A stretch of 64,000 nt of DNA. It comes from Shigella phage ESh28. Position 1 is the stretch's first letter. Each line of letters opens with the position of its first letter. Below are positions 17,701 through 28,550 of the stretch, one piece after another. The position numbers and the translations under genes are program-made. The notes under the pieces are model-generated. The model had not been told where the DNA came from, did not search any database, and saw only the letters and a list, made by a program, of their open reading frames with translations. Where the stretch lies: the sequence record ON528738; one strand, 5' to 3'.

Positions 17701-17791
17701 TAGCACCAACGTCATCCCAGCGTACTTGCACCTGATTTGCGGATAACTTGGAAATTCTGAGACTAGTGACTGAAGGTGCTTTTACTGTCAT
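14693..17791 (-). CDS. 7: baseplate wedge protein gp7
   Basis: 1032 aa, same length as T4 gp7. Confidence 0.92.
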   Translation of the reverse strand: MTVKAPSVTSLRISKLSANQVQVRWDDVGANFYYFVEIAETKTDSGENLPSDQYRWINLGYTANNSFFFDDADPLTSYIIRVATAAQDFEQSDWIYTEEFETFATNAYTFQNMIEMQLANKFIQEKFTLNNSNYVNFNNDTIMAALMNESFQFSPSYADVSSISNFIIGENEYHEIQGSIQQVCKDINRVYLMESEGILYLFERYQPVVKVSNDKGQTWKAVKLFNDRVGYPLSKTVYYQSASTTYVLGYDKIFYGRKSTDVRWSADDVRFSSQDITFAKLGDQLHLGFDVEIFGTYATLPANVYRIAEAITCTDDYIYVVARDKVRYIKTSNAPIDSDPLSPTYSERLFEPDTMTITGNPKAVCYKMDSIGDKVFALIIGEVETLNANPRTSKIIDSTDKGIYVLNHDTKTWKRVFGNTEEERRRIQPGYANMSTDGKLVSLSSSNFKFLNDNVVNDPETVAKYQLIGAVKYEFPREWLADKHYHMMAFIADEKSDWETFTPQPMKYYAEPFFNWSKKSNTRCWINNSNRAVVVYADLKYTKVIENFPETSPDRLVHEYWDDGDCTIVMPNVKFTGFKKYASGMLFYKSSGEIISYYDFNYRVRDTVEIIWKPTGIFLKAFLQNQEHETPWAPEEEHGLADPDLRPLIGTMMPDSYLLQDSNFEAFCEAYIQYLSDGYGTQYNNLRNLIRNKYPREEHAWEYLWSEIYKRNIYLNADKRDAVARFFESRSYDFYSTKGIEASYKFLFKVLYNEEVEIEIESGAGTEYDIIVQSDSLTEDLVGQTIYTSTGRCNVTYIERSYSNGKLQWTVTIHNLLGRLIAGQEVKAERLPSFEGEIIRGVKGKDLLQNNIDYINRSRSYYVMKIKSNLPSSRWKSDVIRFVHPVGFGFIAITLLTMFINVGLTLKHTETIINKYKNYKWDSGLPTEYADRVAKLTPTGEIEHDSVTGEAIYEPGPMAGVKYPLPDDYNAENSNSIFQGQLPSERRKLMSPLFDASGTTFAQFRDLVNKRLKDNIGNPRDPENPTQVKIDE

Positions 17792-19770
17792 TGTGATATA
17801 GGCTCCAAATCGATAGTTAAGTATTGCGGACGTAAATCATTTTCAAATACAATCAGTGAACCATCACGGGTAAAGATAACATCATCGGTTGGGTCAGAAT
17901 ATAATTCAATAGTCTGAACTTCAAATTTTTCAGATGTTAAATTAATTTTAGCGATATTCCAATAAATCATGTCAGCTGGATAATTTATTTCACCGATAAC
18001 ATAGTATTTGTCGCGTCCATCAGAATTTGCTAATTTGTTAAAATCGTTGCCCGTATACGGCTGAATGTTTTCATTTTCAGTAACATCGCCAGAAGCAAAT
18101 GGACCAATAATAACTTTACCGATTCCTTTAGAATCTCGGTCTGTTGATACTATACGAACGTCATATAATACATCTTCTTCTAAACCAGTATCAGGATTTA
18201 CAACCTTTCGTCCAGAATTAAATGAAAACGTATTAGATTCCATAGAACGGTCTTTTATTTGATTATTGTATTTAATACCTGCTTCAGGCGTTTTATAGAA
18301 GTTTTGTACTTCACGAACAATTTGAATAGTCGCTGATGAACCAATGATAGAATGATCTGCATCATCTACGTAAGTTAACATCTTAGACTTGGCAAAAGAT
18401 GAGTTAAAAATTTCTACATCTTCGATATAATAGCGATCAATTTTATCAATTATTTGACCTTCAAGCCACTGTTCGGATTCTTGCAGCTTATTTAAAGCAT
18501 ATGTGACTTTTAAATTAGTCTTAATAAAAAGATAATTAGGAGAAATAATTGACGGTGTAATAGGCGCTAAATTATAATCTTTGAGATAATTTTTAATATC
18601 TTCACGCTGTACAGTAGTTAAATACAATCCTGATTTAGGTTTAGCAGCAATAAATGCATACCCAGGTTTAGTAGAATCAGTGAAAGTCTGAACAGCTTGA
18701 ATAATAGAACCGAATCTCTCTGAAACGAATGTATCATAGTCAGTCGCAGTTACGCAGCGTTGCTGGGTTTCGCGTTTAATAGTACCCAATTCGCGAATAC
18801 GCTCAATATCTTCTGGATCGCCACCGCCATCTGCCCCAACAAAATCTGGGTCATCATTTGGATTTTCGTTAATATTGATGACAGTTATATTTGTTAATGT
18901 ATCTGCGTATGAAAATCCGACTGCACCATTCGCATCTGCACCGTTAGTACTGATATACTCAATAACAATCGTAGAGTTCTGAGTAGGTTTAAGACCTCCA
19001 ATATAATTAGCAGTCAATGCTCCTTCTGCCGCATTAACGGAAATCTCACCTTCGCCAAAATAGAATTCAGTGTTTCCATCAATAGTTTCACGCATATAGT
19101 AAATCGTTGATGTAGAACCAGCATGAACCATTGACTTTCTTGTCCAGTTAATCCATTCTGCTCCATCAACATATAATTTAACCTGGTTTCTATCAATATT
19201 TTTATCATAAATGATAATAGGTGTTAATTTATCATAAATGATTTCAGTTCTTACTATACGTCCCTGGGCCAATTTTAAACGTGGAAAATATTGGTTATTT
19301 TTATCACGAATAGCAATAACGTCTTCGGTAGAAACGAAGTTATATGGATTAACAGAAGTATCCTTTGCATATGCTAAAAAGCGAGTACCGCGAGGAATAG
19401 TAATGTAATTCCTATTCAATGCGTCGGTGCATGTTAACATAATTTCAGTTTGAGCAGCTGATTTTGAAGTAGGTAAATATCCGTTATCTTGCGCAGCTTG
19501 AACAACTGAACTTCGTAAGTTAGCAGTACGCATAAAGCTTTCATACACAGCAGCATTACCAAACTGCTGAATGTACAATGTATTATAAGCCAAAAGGTCA
19601 CACAGAACGTTTAATCTTGAGCCTTCAAAATCATAATCCAAAAATTCATTTTGGCCATTAAGCCATTCAATGAGGTTTTGTTTTATTTCAGCAAACGTAC
19701 CCCCGACGAATATCTCGGGAATAGCATTTGCTGTTCTTGTTAATTGATAATTTACAGGGGTATTTGCCAT
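17788..19770 (-). CDS. 6: baseplate wedge protein gp6
   Basis: 660 aa, same length as T4 gp6. Confidence 0.92.
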   Translation of the reverse strand: MANTPVNYQLTRTANAIPEIFVGGTFAEIKQNLIEWLNGQNEFLDYDFEGSRLNVLCDLLAYNTLYIQQFGNAAVYESFMRTANLRSSVVQAAQDNGYLPTSKSAAQTEIMLTCTDALNRNYITIPRGTRFLAYAKDTSVNPYNFVSTEDVIAIRDKNNQYFPRLKLAQGRIVRTEIIYDKLTPIIIYDKNIDRNQVKLYVDGAEWINWTRKSMVHAGSTSTIYYMRETIDGNTEFYFGEGEISVNAAEGALTANYIGGLKPTQNSTIVIEYISTNGADANGAVGFSYADTLTNITVININENPNDDPDFVGADGGGDPEDIERIRELGTIKRETQQRCVTATDYDTFVSERFGSIIQAVQTFTDSTKPGYAFIAAKPKSGLYLTTVQREDIKNYLKDYNLAPITPSIISPNYLFIKTNLKVTYALNKLQESEQWLEGQIIDKIDRYYIEDVEIFNSSFAKSKMLTYVDDADHSIIGSSATIQIVREVQNFYKTPEAGIKYNNQIKDRSMESNTFSFNSGRKVVNPDTGLEEDVLYDVRIVSTDRDSKGIGKVIIGPFASGDVTENENIQPYTGNDFNKLANSDGRDKYYVIGEINYPADMIYWNIAKINLTSEKFEVQTIELYSDPTDDVIFTRDGSLIVFENDLRPQYLTIDLEPISQ

Positions 19771-19778
19771 TTTAAATC

Positions 19779-20072
19779 CTATTTAATGAATACTTTAGAT
19801 GATGCCTGAGCCACAGTATCACCACATGATATTGGATCAGCCATTTGAACAGCTTTCTTTCCAGTGACATATACCTTAGAAGTTCTAGGTTGTGTCACTC
19901 CGCCATGTGTTTCATATGGCTTTTTAATTTCTGTATGTTCTGTAATTGGATCGCCTGCTACTAGAACAGCAATTCCTCCAGTGAATACTTTACTTTGCGT
20001 AGCATTCACAACTGTTGGAGGCCACGCTTCATGGCCAGCAGTAACACACTTATCATAACTCAATCCTGACAT
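19779..20072 (-). CDS. 5.4: PAAR-type spike tip protein gp5.4
   Basis: 97 aa, Gly/Cys-containing, between gene 5 and gene 6 as in T4. Confidence 0.8.
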
Positions 20073-20630
20073 TTATGACCTCTCATATACATAGCTTCTT
20101 AATTTATTAGCCCAACGACTCCAATTTCCAACTATAGTTTTTGTGTAATTTTTAACTAGAGTTTTTCTTACTGGAGCAGGAGGATCCGTTGGTTCAGTAG
20201 TATCAGAAGATGACCTAGAATTACTGCCAGAACCTCCAGATTCACTTTGTTCTTGGTAGTCATATATTAATGTTACTTCGTAAGTGAATGTCTTCTGGAG
20301 ATTTTGAGGAGCTTTCCACAAATACAACTGAGTATCAGAATCAGTAGGAAGTTCTTCCCATGAAGCAGCAGTTTTAAATTCATCGCCTAAACGATATTTC
20401 AACGCGTCATTTCCAAATCCAAACACAGATTCATATGTTCCATATAAGCGATTTTCTTCTACTAAAACCCCAGGAGTTTCTTCGTAACTAGTTATATTTA
20501 TAGATACTAACGTTTCACCTGTTTCTAATTGAGCGGTAAAGGTGACGTCGATAGAAGAACCTTCCATGGATTCTCCTAAATCAGCGCTCATTGGAAGTAT
20601 ATTAGCCAATGTCAATCCTCGATCCATCAA
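20073..20630 (-). CDS. hypothetical protein (gene 5.1 position)
   Basis: 185-aa ORF with Ser/Gly-rich C-terminal part, immediately downstream of gene 5. Confidence 0.6.
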
Positions 20631-22329
20631 TTGTGTATTGACCAGATGAAATAGAACTCATAGATGCCATTTTTTCTGTCCAATCACCACCAACGTCCCA
20701 ATCAACTGTCCCAGCAACTTTCCAAGAAAGATTTCCATTTACTGTATTAGTTTGATTTCCTTCAACTAAAGTAGTAGCATCTCCTTTAACTGTAATGTCA
20801 GCATTACCTTCAACTACAATAGTAACATTACCTTTAACTAGAATAGTTCCATTACCTTCAACCGTCTTAGTTTCATCGCCACGGACAAATATTGTATTGC
20901 TTCCATCTATCTGGTGAAGACGATTATCCATGTTGTAATAAATTTCTGATCCACCGACGTTAGTCTTTTTATCACCGGCTACCAAAAAATTACCATCAGC
21001 GTTGGTTATATCATACAAATTATCAACAGTTTTTCTTGTTCTTCTTCCTGACGGTGATACTTCTTCATAAGTTCCAGTTGGATGAACTAATCTGTATCGT
21101 TCTTGCCCAGGGGTATCATCAAATTCCTGAATATGTCCGCTTTCAGTTTCCATTGTATGCACATAAGGATATTCACCTTTATATGAAGAAACTGGTTCTT
21201 TGAATAAAATTCTCGAGTCATTTGGAATAGGAGGGTCAGCAGGGTCAGAAGATTTAGCTACAGTAGCAGCCATTGCTGATAGAGACCTAGCTGGGGTTTT
21301 CACTTCAACACCATATGATTCCAAATTTCCCGTAAGAATAATCATAGTAACACGGGATGCACGGCCTTTTGTTTGTTGATACCACAATGAATCACGACCG
21401 GCTTTATATGCTTTTTCCCAATCTCCGGCTAACATAGCAGTTAACATTGTGTTAAATTTAGCTACACCGCCAACACCCATCTGAAATGCCATATTTTCTA
21501 ACGCCATTTGACGAGAACGATTAACTGCTTGCCAAACTGGGCCAACTTTAGAATGTGATTTAATGTCACGTTGCATATCAGCTAAATCACGTTCAAATAA
21601 AGTTACCGCTTCTTCCATTGTAATAGAACCTGGATTTCCAGTAATTTCACGACCAACTTGTTTCGATAAAACTTTATTAATTTGGGTCATATCACGAACT
21701 GGCTGCTTCATGATAAGATGACCAATACCAATTGTCGGATATCCTTCGGTATCCCAATAAACTTTTAGTCTTAATCCTTCATCACGGCGAAGCATTTCAG
21801 CCATTGACATATTTGGATTATCATCAGTTGGAATTTCTGATAACGGTCTATCATCGGGATTTATCGCAGTGTCTAGATTGCTATCTTGGATAATATTAGA
21901 AGACGAATCATATCCTACTTCTCCGCCTTGGTTTAATACGTTAGTATCATTTCCTAGACGTCTAGGATACTGTCCAGTTGGGTCAGAAAATCCTTCAAGT
22001 CTATTAGGTTTTTCGCGAACTATTCCGCCATAAGTGCCAAGGACAATTCCGTTAGTTTTCCATTTGTCCAAAAAATGACCATAAACTCTAGTTCCTTCTA
22101 CTGGTCCAGTAACAGAACCTCCAATTCCAGACATTGCTGCAGAAGTTATCGGTTGAATAACTGACATCCATGGCAATTTATCGGTTGGAATACCCATTAC
22201 ATCGCCTTGTGCTCTTTGGGGTGGATGCAGACCAACCACACGAACACGAACACGACCTAATTTTAATGGGTCCATTCTATCTTCAACAACACCAACAAAC
22301 CAATTAAGGTTATTACTTATCATTTCCAT
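20602..22329 (-). CDS. 5: baseplate hub / cell-puncturing protein gp5 with lysozyme domain
   Basis: 575 aa as in T4 gp5; internal LRLKVYWDTEGYPTIGIGHLI lysozyme motif, paralogous to gene e. Confidence 0.93.
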   Translation of the reverse strand: MEMISNNLNWFVGVVEDRMDPLKLGRVRVRVVGLHPPQRAQGDVMGIPTDKLPWMSVIQPITSAAMSGIGGSVTGPVEGTRVYGHFLDKWKTNGIVLGTYGGIVREKPNRLEGFSDPTGQYPRRLGNDTNVLNQGGEVGYDSSSNIIQDSNLDTAINPDDRPLSEIPTDDNPNMSMAEMLRRDEGLRLKVYWDTEGYPTIGIGHLIMKQPVRDMTQINKVLSKQVGREITGNPGSITMEEAVTLFERDLADMQRDIKSHSKVGPVWQAVNRSRQMALENMAFQMGVGGVAKFNTMLTAMLAGDWEKAYKAGRDSLWYQQTKGRASRVTMIILTGNLESYGVEVKTPARSLSAMAATVAKSSDPADPPIPNDSRILFKEPVSSYKGEYPYVHTMETESGHIQEFDDTPGQERYRLVHPTGTYEEVSPSGRRTRKTVDNLYDITNADGNFLVAGDKKTNVGGSEIYYNMDNRLHQIDGSNTIFVRGDETKTVEGNGTILVKGNVTIVVEGNADITVKGDATTLVEGNQTNTVNGNLSWKVAGTVDWDVGGDWTEKMASMSSISSGQYTIDGSRIDIG

Positions 22330-22903
22330 AAGATTTCTCCATTATACGTATAAGGTCGTTCATAAATGAATTGATGTCTGATTTTGCTATTATTTTTATT
22401 TGACGAAGTTTTTCATTTTCAAGAACAGCAGCTTCATACGTATCGACCGCAGCAAGTGCTCCTTCGTATTGAGGATATTTTCTAGCTTTATCGCCTTTAT
22501 CATACCAAACATATGGATTATCATCGTATGATATTAAATTATAAAATTTTTCACCGTTCTCATTCACGTGATATACTATTTGGTCTCCACCTACATTTTT
22601 GTATTTTTGTATAGATGCTTGATAAGCAGCTTCTTGCGAAGTAATCCATCCATAATACGGGTCATAATTATCATTACACATCAATAAAACCCAATACAAC
22701 TGTGGATTTCCATATATAGCATTTGCTAATTCTTCCGGGCGTGGTGAACCTTTAATATAATAAGTACGTAAGCGGTATCCCGCAAGAGCGCGTTTAAAAT
22801 AGTCTTTATAGTTTCTAAAAATATCTGTCATAGGAATAGTCGGCGCGTTTTTATTCACCGTTTTGGCCGCATATTCAATCGGATCAAAAAATGTAAAGAG
22901 CAT
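22313..22903 (-). CDS. 53: baseplate wedge protein gp53
   Basis: 196 aa; T4 size and order. Confidence 0.88.
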   Translation of the reverse strand: MLFTFFDPIEYAAKTVNKNAPTIPMTDIFRNYKDYFKRALAGYRLRTYYIKGSPRPEELANAIYGNPQLYWVLLMCNDNYDPYYGWITSQEAAYQASIQKYKNVGGDQIVYHVNENGEKFYNLISYDDNPYVWYDKGDKARKYPQYEGALAAVDTYEAAVLENEKLRQIKIIAKSDINSFMNDLIRIMEKSYGNDK

Positions 22904-22916
22904 GGGCCCTCCTGTT

Positions 22917-22924
22917 TATAAATA
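22917..22924 (+). promoter_or_regulatory. T4-type late promoter TATAAATA for gene 4
   Basis: TATAAATA about 27 nt upstream of the gene 4 ATG, followed by SD AGGAG. Confidence 0.55.
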
Positions 22925-22931
22925 TATTATC

Positions 22932-22939
22932 TATTTATA
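22932..22939 (-). promoter_or_regulatory. T4-type late promoter TATAAATA for gene 53 (divergent)
   Basis: Plus-strand tatttata is TATAAATA on the minus strand, about 29 nt upstream of the gene 53 ATG. Confidence 0.5.
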
Positions 22940-22950
22940 AGGAGAATCCA

Positions 22951-23403
22951 ATGGCATATTCTGGAAAATGGGTTCCTAAAAATATATCAAAATATAGAGG
23001 TGACCCTAAAAAAATTACGTATAGATCAAATTGGGAAAAATTCTTTTTTGAATGGTTAGATAAAAATCCAGAAATTATTGCATGGGGTAGTGAAACAGCA
23101 GTAATTCCGTATTTTTGCAATGCAGAAGGCAAAAAGCGTAGATACTTCATGGATATTTGGATGAAAGATTCTTCTGGACAAGAATTTTTTATTGAAATAA
23201 AACCTAAAAAAGAAACACAACCACCAGTTAAACCAGCACATCTAACAACTGCAGCGAAGAAAAGATTTATGAATGAAATTTATACATATTCCGTTAATAC
23301 TGACAAATGGAAAGCAGCTCAATCTTTAGCTGAAAAGCGTGGAATAAAATTTAGAATTCTAACAGAAGATGGATTACGAGCTCTTGGCTTTAAGGGGGCA
23401 TAA
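22951..23403 (+). CDS. 4: head completion protein gp4
   Basis: 150 aa, [17 protein letters not shown]...; T4 gp4 size; divergent from gene 53. Confidence 0.9.
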
Positions 23404-24227
23404 TGGCTATTTTTCAAATAATTAATGAAAGCACTCCCCAAGTTCCAAAGGTTAAGCAATCATTAAACGAAAAGAAATGGATTCAGATAGGTCTTGAATA
23501 CAAAAAGGCCAAAGCAAAAGGAATGACAGGAAAACAATTTGCTGAAGAAAGAGGAATCAAATACTCTACGTTTACTTCAGCAATGTCAAAATATGCTTCA
23601 GGAATTAAAACGGCTGAAAAGATTCAAAAGCTTGAATCAAAACCAATGAATAAACTCAATAAGCAAGAAAGACAACTGCTTATGATAAATTCATTCAGAC
23701 AAACATTGCGTGATAAAATTCGTAATGAAGGTGCAGCAATTAATAATAAAACCAGAAAGTGGTTTGCCGAAACTATTAAGCAAGTAAAAGGACATAAAGT
23801 TGTTCGCCCGCAGCCGGGACGAATATATGCTTTTGCTTATGATGCTAAACACAAGGAAACTCTTCCTTATTGGGATAAATTTCCTTTGATAATTTACCTC
23901 GGTTTAGGTAAACACAATTTAATGTACGGATTGAACTTGCACTATATTCCACCTAAAGCTCGTCAGCAATTTCTAGAAGAGCTTTTAAAGCAATATGCAA
24001 ATACACCTACTATTACTAATAAAACGAAATTAAAAATTGATTGGAGTCAAGTGAAAGGATTTAGGGGTGCAGACCAAATGATTAAGGCATATATACCTGG
24101 TAATATTATGGGTAGCCTTGTTGAAATCGCCCCGAAAGACTGGGCGAACGTTGTGTTAATGCCACTTCAGCAGTTCGTTTCAAAAGGAAAACGTTTCTCT
24201 GCAAACAAAGTCTGGTCAAATATCTAA
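23403..24227 (+). CDS. 2: DNA end protector protein gp2
   Basis: 274 aa; T4 gp2 size and order (4-2-3). Confidence 0.88.
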
Positions 24228-24333
24228 TTCTATTATCTTCCATTCTTTTCTGTTGTTTGTTCTAAATGGAATTGAATGGAAGGGACTTAGACCCATTATA
24301 CCACTAACAGTTATAAAGCATTATGAGGAATAT

Positions 24334-24864
24334 ATGTCGCAAGCTCTGCAACAAATTTTTAACCAAGCAAATACAACTAACTTTGTAGTATCAATACCAC
24401 ATAGTAATACTACATCTGCTTTTACTTTAAATGCTCAGTCAGTTCCTATTCCAGGAATTAGAATACCTGTTACTGATACCGTGACTGGGCCGTTTGGACT
24501 GGGCCGAGCACAACGTCCAGGTGTTACATTTGAGTATGATCCACTCATCGTGAGATTTATAGTTGATGAAGAACTTAAGTCGTGGATAGGAATGTATGAA
24601 TGGATGCTAGGAACTAGCAACTATCTTACAGGTGAAAATACTGCCCAAAAAACAGGTCCTGAGTACATTACGCTTTACATCTTAGATAATAGCAAAACTG
24701 AAATCGTGATGTCAATAAATTTTTATAAGCCTTGGGTTTCTGACCTATCTGAAGTAGAATTTAGCTATACGGAAGATTCAGACCCGGCGTTAGTATGTAC
24801 TGCAACGATTCCTTACACCTATTTTCAAGTAGAAAAAGATGGTAAAATTATAGCAGAAGTTTAA
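24334..24864 (+). CDS. 3: tail completion and sheath stabilizer gp3
   Basis: Start set at MSQALQQIF... giving 176 aa as in T4 gp3; SD GAGGAA upstream. Confidence 0.85.
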   Translation: MSQALQQIFNQANTTNFVVSIPHSNTTSAFTLNAQSVPIPGIRIPVTDTVTGPFGLGRAQRPGVTFEYDPLIVRFIVDEELKSWIGMYEWMLGTSNYLTGENTAQKTGPEYITLYILDNSKTEIVMSINFYKPWVSDLSEVEFSYTEDSDPALVCTATIPYTYFQVEKDGKIIAEV

Positions 24865-24913
24865 TGCTTCAGTTTTGTGTGTTATAATCTTAATTAAATT
24901 TGAGGAGAAACAC

Positions 24914-25638
24914 ATGAAACTAATCTTTTTAAGCGGTGTAAAGCGTAGTGGAAAAGATACTACTGCTGATTTTATCATGAGCAATTATTCTGCAGTTAAA
25001 TATCAACTTGCTGGTCCTATTAAGGATGCATTGGCTTATGCATGGGGAGTATTTGCAGCAAACACTGACTATCCTTGCTTAACTCGTAAAGAGTTTGAAG
25101 GAATTGACTATGATCGTGAGACTAATTTAAATCTGACTAAATTAGAAGTAATCACGATTATGGAACAAGCATTTTGCTATCTTAATGGTAAAAGCCCAAT
25201 TAAAGGTGTGTTTGTTTTTGATGACGAAGGACAAGAATCAGTTAATTCCGTAGCATTTAACAAGATTATTGACGTTATAAATAATATTGAAGATCAATGG
25301 TCAGTCCGTCGTCTGATGCAAGCCCTAGGTACGGATTTGATTGTTAATAACTTCGATCGCATGTACTGGGTAAAATTATTTGCTTTAGATTATCTTGATA
25401 AATTTAACTCAGGTTATGATTATTATATCGTTCCTGATACTCGTCAAGATCATGAAATGGATGCGGCTAGGGCGATGGGTGCTACAGTAATTCATGTAGT
25501 TCGTCCTGGTCAAAAATCCAATGATACACATATTACAGAAGCTGGATTGCCAATTCGTGATGGCGATTTAGTAATTACAAACGATGGTTCTCTTGAAGAA
25601 CTTTTTTCTAAAATTAAAAATACACTAAAGGTACTATA

Positions 25639-25639
<1 letters not shown>
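24914..25639 (+). CDS. 1: deoxynucleoside monophosphate kinase gp1
   Basis: Start at MKLIFLSGVKRSGKDT (P-loop) giving 241 aa as in T4 gp1. Confidence 0.9.
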
Positions 25640-26336
<697 letters not shown>

Positions 26337-26344
26337 TTTCACAA

Positions 26345-26380
26345 AGTTGTTTACATACTGATGAGGTAGTGATACTATTA
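26345..26380 (+). promoter_or_regulatory. T4 early promoter module
   Basis: -35 GTTTAC and a -10-like TACTAT about 18 bp downstream, with inverted repeat gatgaggta/tacctcatc around the -10. Confidence 0.6.
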
Positions 26381-26408
26381 CCTCATCAAAATTAATTAGG
26401 AAAATAAA

Positions 26409-26666
26409 ATGAAAACTTTCAAAGAGTTTGCTACAAAAACTACTATTACTGAATCTTCCCACGGTATGGAAGTAAAGCTTGGAATGGCTTTAGCTGAAGC
26501 TGAGCGTCTTTTCTCTCGTATTAAAGAACTTGCTGCTGCAGTCGATCCTTCGTCTTTTAAAGGAGACCAAACTAAAGTTAAAGCGCTTTTAGCATTATGC
26601 TCCGATGCGGGAGAAATCGCTAAAAATGGTTCTAAGATGAAGAAACGATTAGAAGATTTAAAATAA
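26409..26666 (+). CDS. internal protein with capsid-targeting N-terminus (ipI position)
   Basis: 85 aa; N-terminus MKTFKEFATKTTITE resembles the T4 internal-protein capsid-targeting sequence with an I-x-E prohead-protease site. Confidence 0.6.
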   Translation: MKTFKEFATKTTITESSHGMEVKLGMALAEAERLFSRIKELAAAVDPSSFKGDQTKVKALLALCSDAGEIAKNGSKMKKRLEDLK

Positions 26667-26674
26667 TTTCACAA

Positions 26675-26710
26675 AGTTGTTTACATAGGGTTTTAGTTGT
26701 GATACTATTA
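26675..26710 (+). promoter_or_regulatory. T4 early promoter module (direct repeat of the 26345 module)
   Basis: Same ttcacaaagttgTTTACAta...gtGATACTATtacc core, with a different inverted repeat (ataggg/ccctat). Confidence 0.6.
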
Positions 26711-26736
26711 CCCTATCAACTACTGAGGAGAATAAA

Positions 26737-26922
26737 ATGAAACGTTGTGAATTAATTCGAAATGTTGCTATTGCAATTTCTGCTTCCGCTTTTAGTTTTT
26801 CAATGTTTGTTGGATTTATATGCGGATTATTAACTACAGCAGAAAATGTGTTTTCACTTGTAGTAGCATTTTTAATTGGTTTAATCGCTATTGTTATGGA
26901 TAAAATTTCTAAAGGTGAATAA
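26737..26922 (+). CDS. small hydrophobic membrane protein
   Basis: 61 aa, two predicted hydrophobic helices; strong SD GAGGAG upstream. Confidence 0.6.
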   Translation: MKRCELIRNVAIAISASAFSFSMFVGFICGLLTTAENVFSLVVAFLIGLIAIVMDKISKGE

Positions 26923-27327
26923 ATGAATATTAACGAATATTATGTTTATGCTGGGGATTATGCAAATCCTTCTCATTTTGAAGGTAATTTAATACCTGAT
27001 AGAGTTTTTAATACTCCTTTTGAAGCGTGGAGTTGGGTTGAAAGTAAAAATGGATTTTCTTACCGTTATGTTGAAGTAACTGATTGGAAAGGAACTAAAT
27101 ATCCTAAAGAGCATTATTATATAGACCCATCTAAAGTAAATTTTCTTTTGTTCGCAGGCGATAATTACTATCCTTGCGGTGGATATGATGATTTGATTGC
27201 GTATGCTGAAACAGAAGATGAATTACGCCAAATTATTGAAGACAATAAATCAAAACGATTTGGCGATAGTTTCGACTGGTGGCAAATTGTAAATGCCAAT
27301 ACGCACACTATTGTCGATAAAGGTTAA
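26923..27327 (+). CDS. hypothetical protein
   Basis: 134-aa ORF, start abuts the previous stop; no recognised motif. Confidence 0.6.
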   Translation: MNINEYYVYAGDYANPSHFEGNLIPDRVFNTPFEAWSWVESKNGFSYRYVEVTDWKGTKYPKEHYYIDPSKVNFLLFAGDNYYPCGGYDDLIAYAETEDELRQIIEDNKSKRFGDSFDWWQIVNANTHTIVDKG

Positions 27328-27329
27328 TA

Positions 27330-27620
27330 ATGATTCTTTATGCGAAAGTATCATCTATTGAAAATGGATATAAATATGATCAAGAAGCAGCTAAAGCCTT
27401 GATTGATGATTATGGCATTTTAACATATTTTGAAGTTGAAAAGGTTTACATTGACCGTTCATCTTCTCAAGTTAAATTAGTGAAGGAAGACAGTAAATTT
27501 AATACAGTAAATTTTGATTTCTTTATTGAAACAGAAAAAGGTCCTCTTGAATATGATATTTTCAAGAATCCTTTGGGTCTTGAATGTATTAAATATACTT
27601 ACATTAATGCAGCGTGGTGA
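27330..27620 (+). CDS. hypothetical protein
   Basis: 96-aa ORF packed tightly after the previous gene. Confidence 0.55.
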   Translation: MILYAKVSSIENGYKYDQEAAKALIDDYGILTYFEVEKVYIDRSSSQVKLVKEDSKFNTVNFDFFIETEKGPLEYDIFKNPLGLECIKYTYINAAW

Positions 27621-27622
27621 AA

Positions 27623-28138
27623 ATGAATATTTGTTTAGGTACTACAATTCCGCAGGGCTACGTAATTGATGTCACTACCTGGGAAAATGATGGTGACAAC
27701 TATAAAACCAAAACATTGTTTGGCGTAGAAGAGCATGAAATCTTACAATTTCAGTATCTTTTAAAGAAGTTTAAAAGCAGATATTCTAGTACTAAAATTG
27801 AGCGCTATTGTGGTAATGGTTTGTTCAGCGAGCAATCTCTTTTTATTTATGAATACTTGGTTGAAGGACTGTTCTCAGATCAGCTTTATCCAGAATTCAT
27901 TAAAAAGGTCTTTCGCATAGAAGTTGACCTTGGTAATAAATCTGAAGAAGATGAAGAACGTGTATTTGACTTATTCTTTGTGAATGGTAATAAAGTGCTT
28001 GAAGGACTTATTAATATTTTAGGTAATGCTTCTGAGTATTATGATTATGATTTTTTGCGTGTAGTTGAGAGTGTTAAATACTCTTATATAGAAGAAGAAA
28101 TTGTTTTGCCGACCGTTAAAATGTTTAATTTGCTTTAA
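27623..28138 (+). CDS. hypothetical protein
   Basis: 171 aa from the first ATG (MNICLG...); the ORF-track start is a GTG three codons upstream. Confidence 0.55.
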   Translation: MNICLGTTIPQGYVIDVTTWENDGDNYKTKTLFGVEEHEILQFQYLLKKFKSRYSSTKIERYCGNGLFSEQSLFIYEYLVEGLFSDQLYPEFIKKVFRIEVDLGNKSEEDEERVFDLFFVNGNKVLEGLINILGNASEYYDYDFLRVVESVKYSYIEEEIVLPTVKMFNLL

Positions 28139-28224
28139 GAATTATTTGTTATTATTAACTCATATCGCACTGATTAATACCCTCTATCATCAAGGGTTCT
28201 TGCTTAAGAGCCTTTGTTAATAAT

Positions 28225-28297
28225 TGGGAATTAGCCAAGTTGGTAAGGCATAGCACTTTGACTGCTAGATGCAAAGGTTCGAGTCCTTTATTCCCAG
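28225..28297 (+). tRNA. tRNA-Gln (anticodon UUG)
   Basis: Cloverleaf: acceptor tgggaat/attccca, anticodon stem tagca/tgcta with loop cuUUGac, T-loop TTCGAGT. Confidence 0.85.
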
Positions 28298-28298
28298 C

Positions 28299-28385
28299 GC
28301 GAGAATGGTCAAATTGGTAAAGGCACAGCACTTAAAATGCTGCGGAATGATTTCCTTGTGGGTTCGAGTCCCACTTCTCGCACCA
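28299..28385 (+). tRNA. tRNA-Leu (anticodon UAA)
   Basis: Class II tRNA: acceptor gcgagaa/ttctcgc, anticodon stem cagca/tgctg with loop cuUAAaa, long variable arm, encoded CCA. Confidence 0.85.
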
Positions 28386-28390
28386 AATTT

Positions 28391-28464
<74 letters not shown>

Positions 28465-28474
28465 ATTTAATTTA

Positions 28475-28548
28475 CTCCGTGTAGCTCAGTTTGGTAGAGC
28501 GTCTGCTTTGGGAGCAGAATGTCGCAGGTTCAAATCCTGCCGTGGAGA
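28475..28548 (+). tRNA. tRNA-Pro (anticodon UGG)
   Basis: Acceptor ctccgtg/cgtggag, anticodon stem tctgc/gcaga with loop uuUGGga, T-loop TTCAAAT. Confidence 0.8.
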
Positions 28549-28550
28549 CT

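Noticed and set aside
22935-23241. Minus-strand ORFs 22935-23150 and 23056-23241
   Set aside because: Both sit inside gene 4 on the opposite strand and the first overlaps the divergent late-promoter region; no support.
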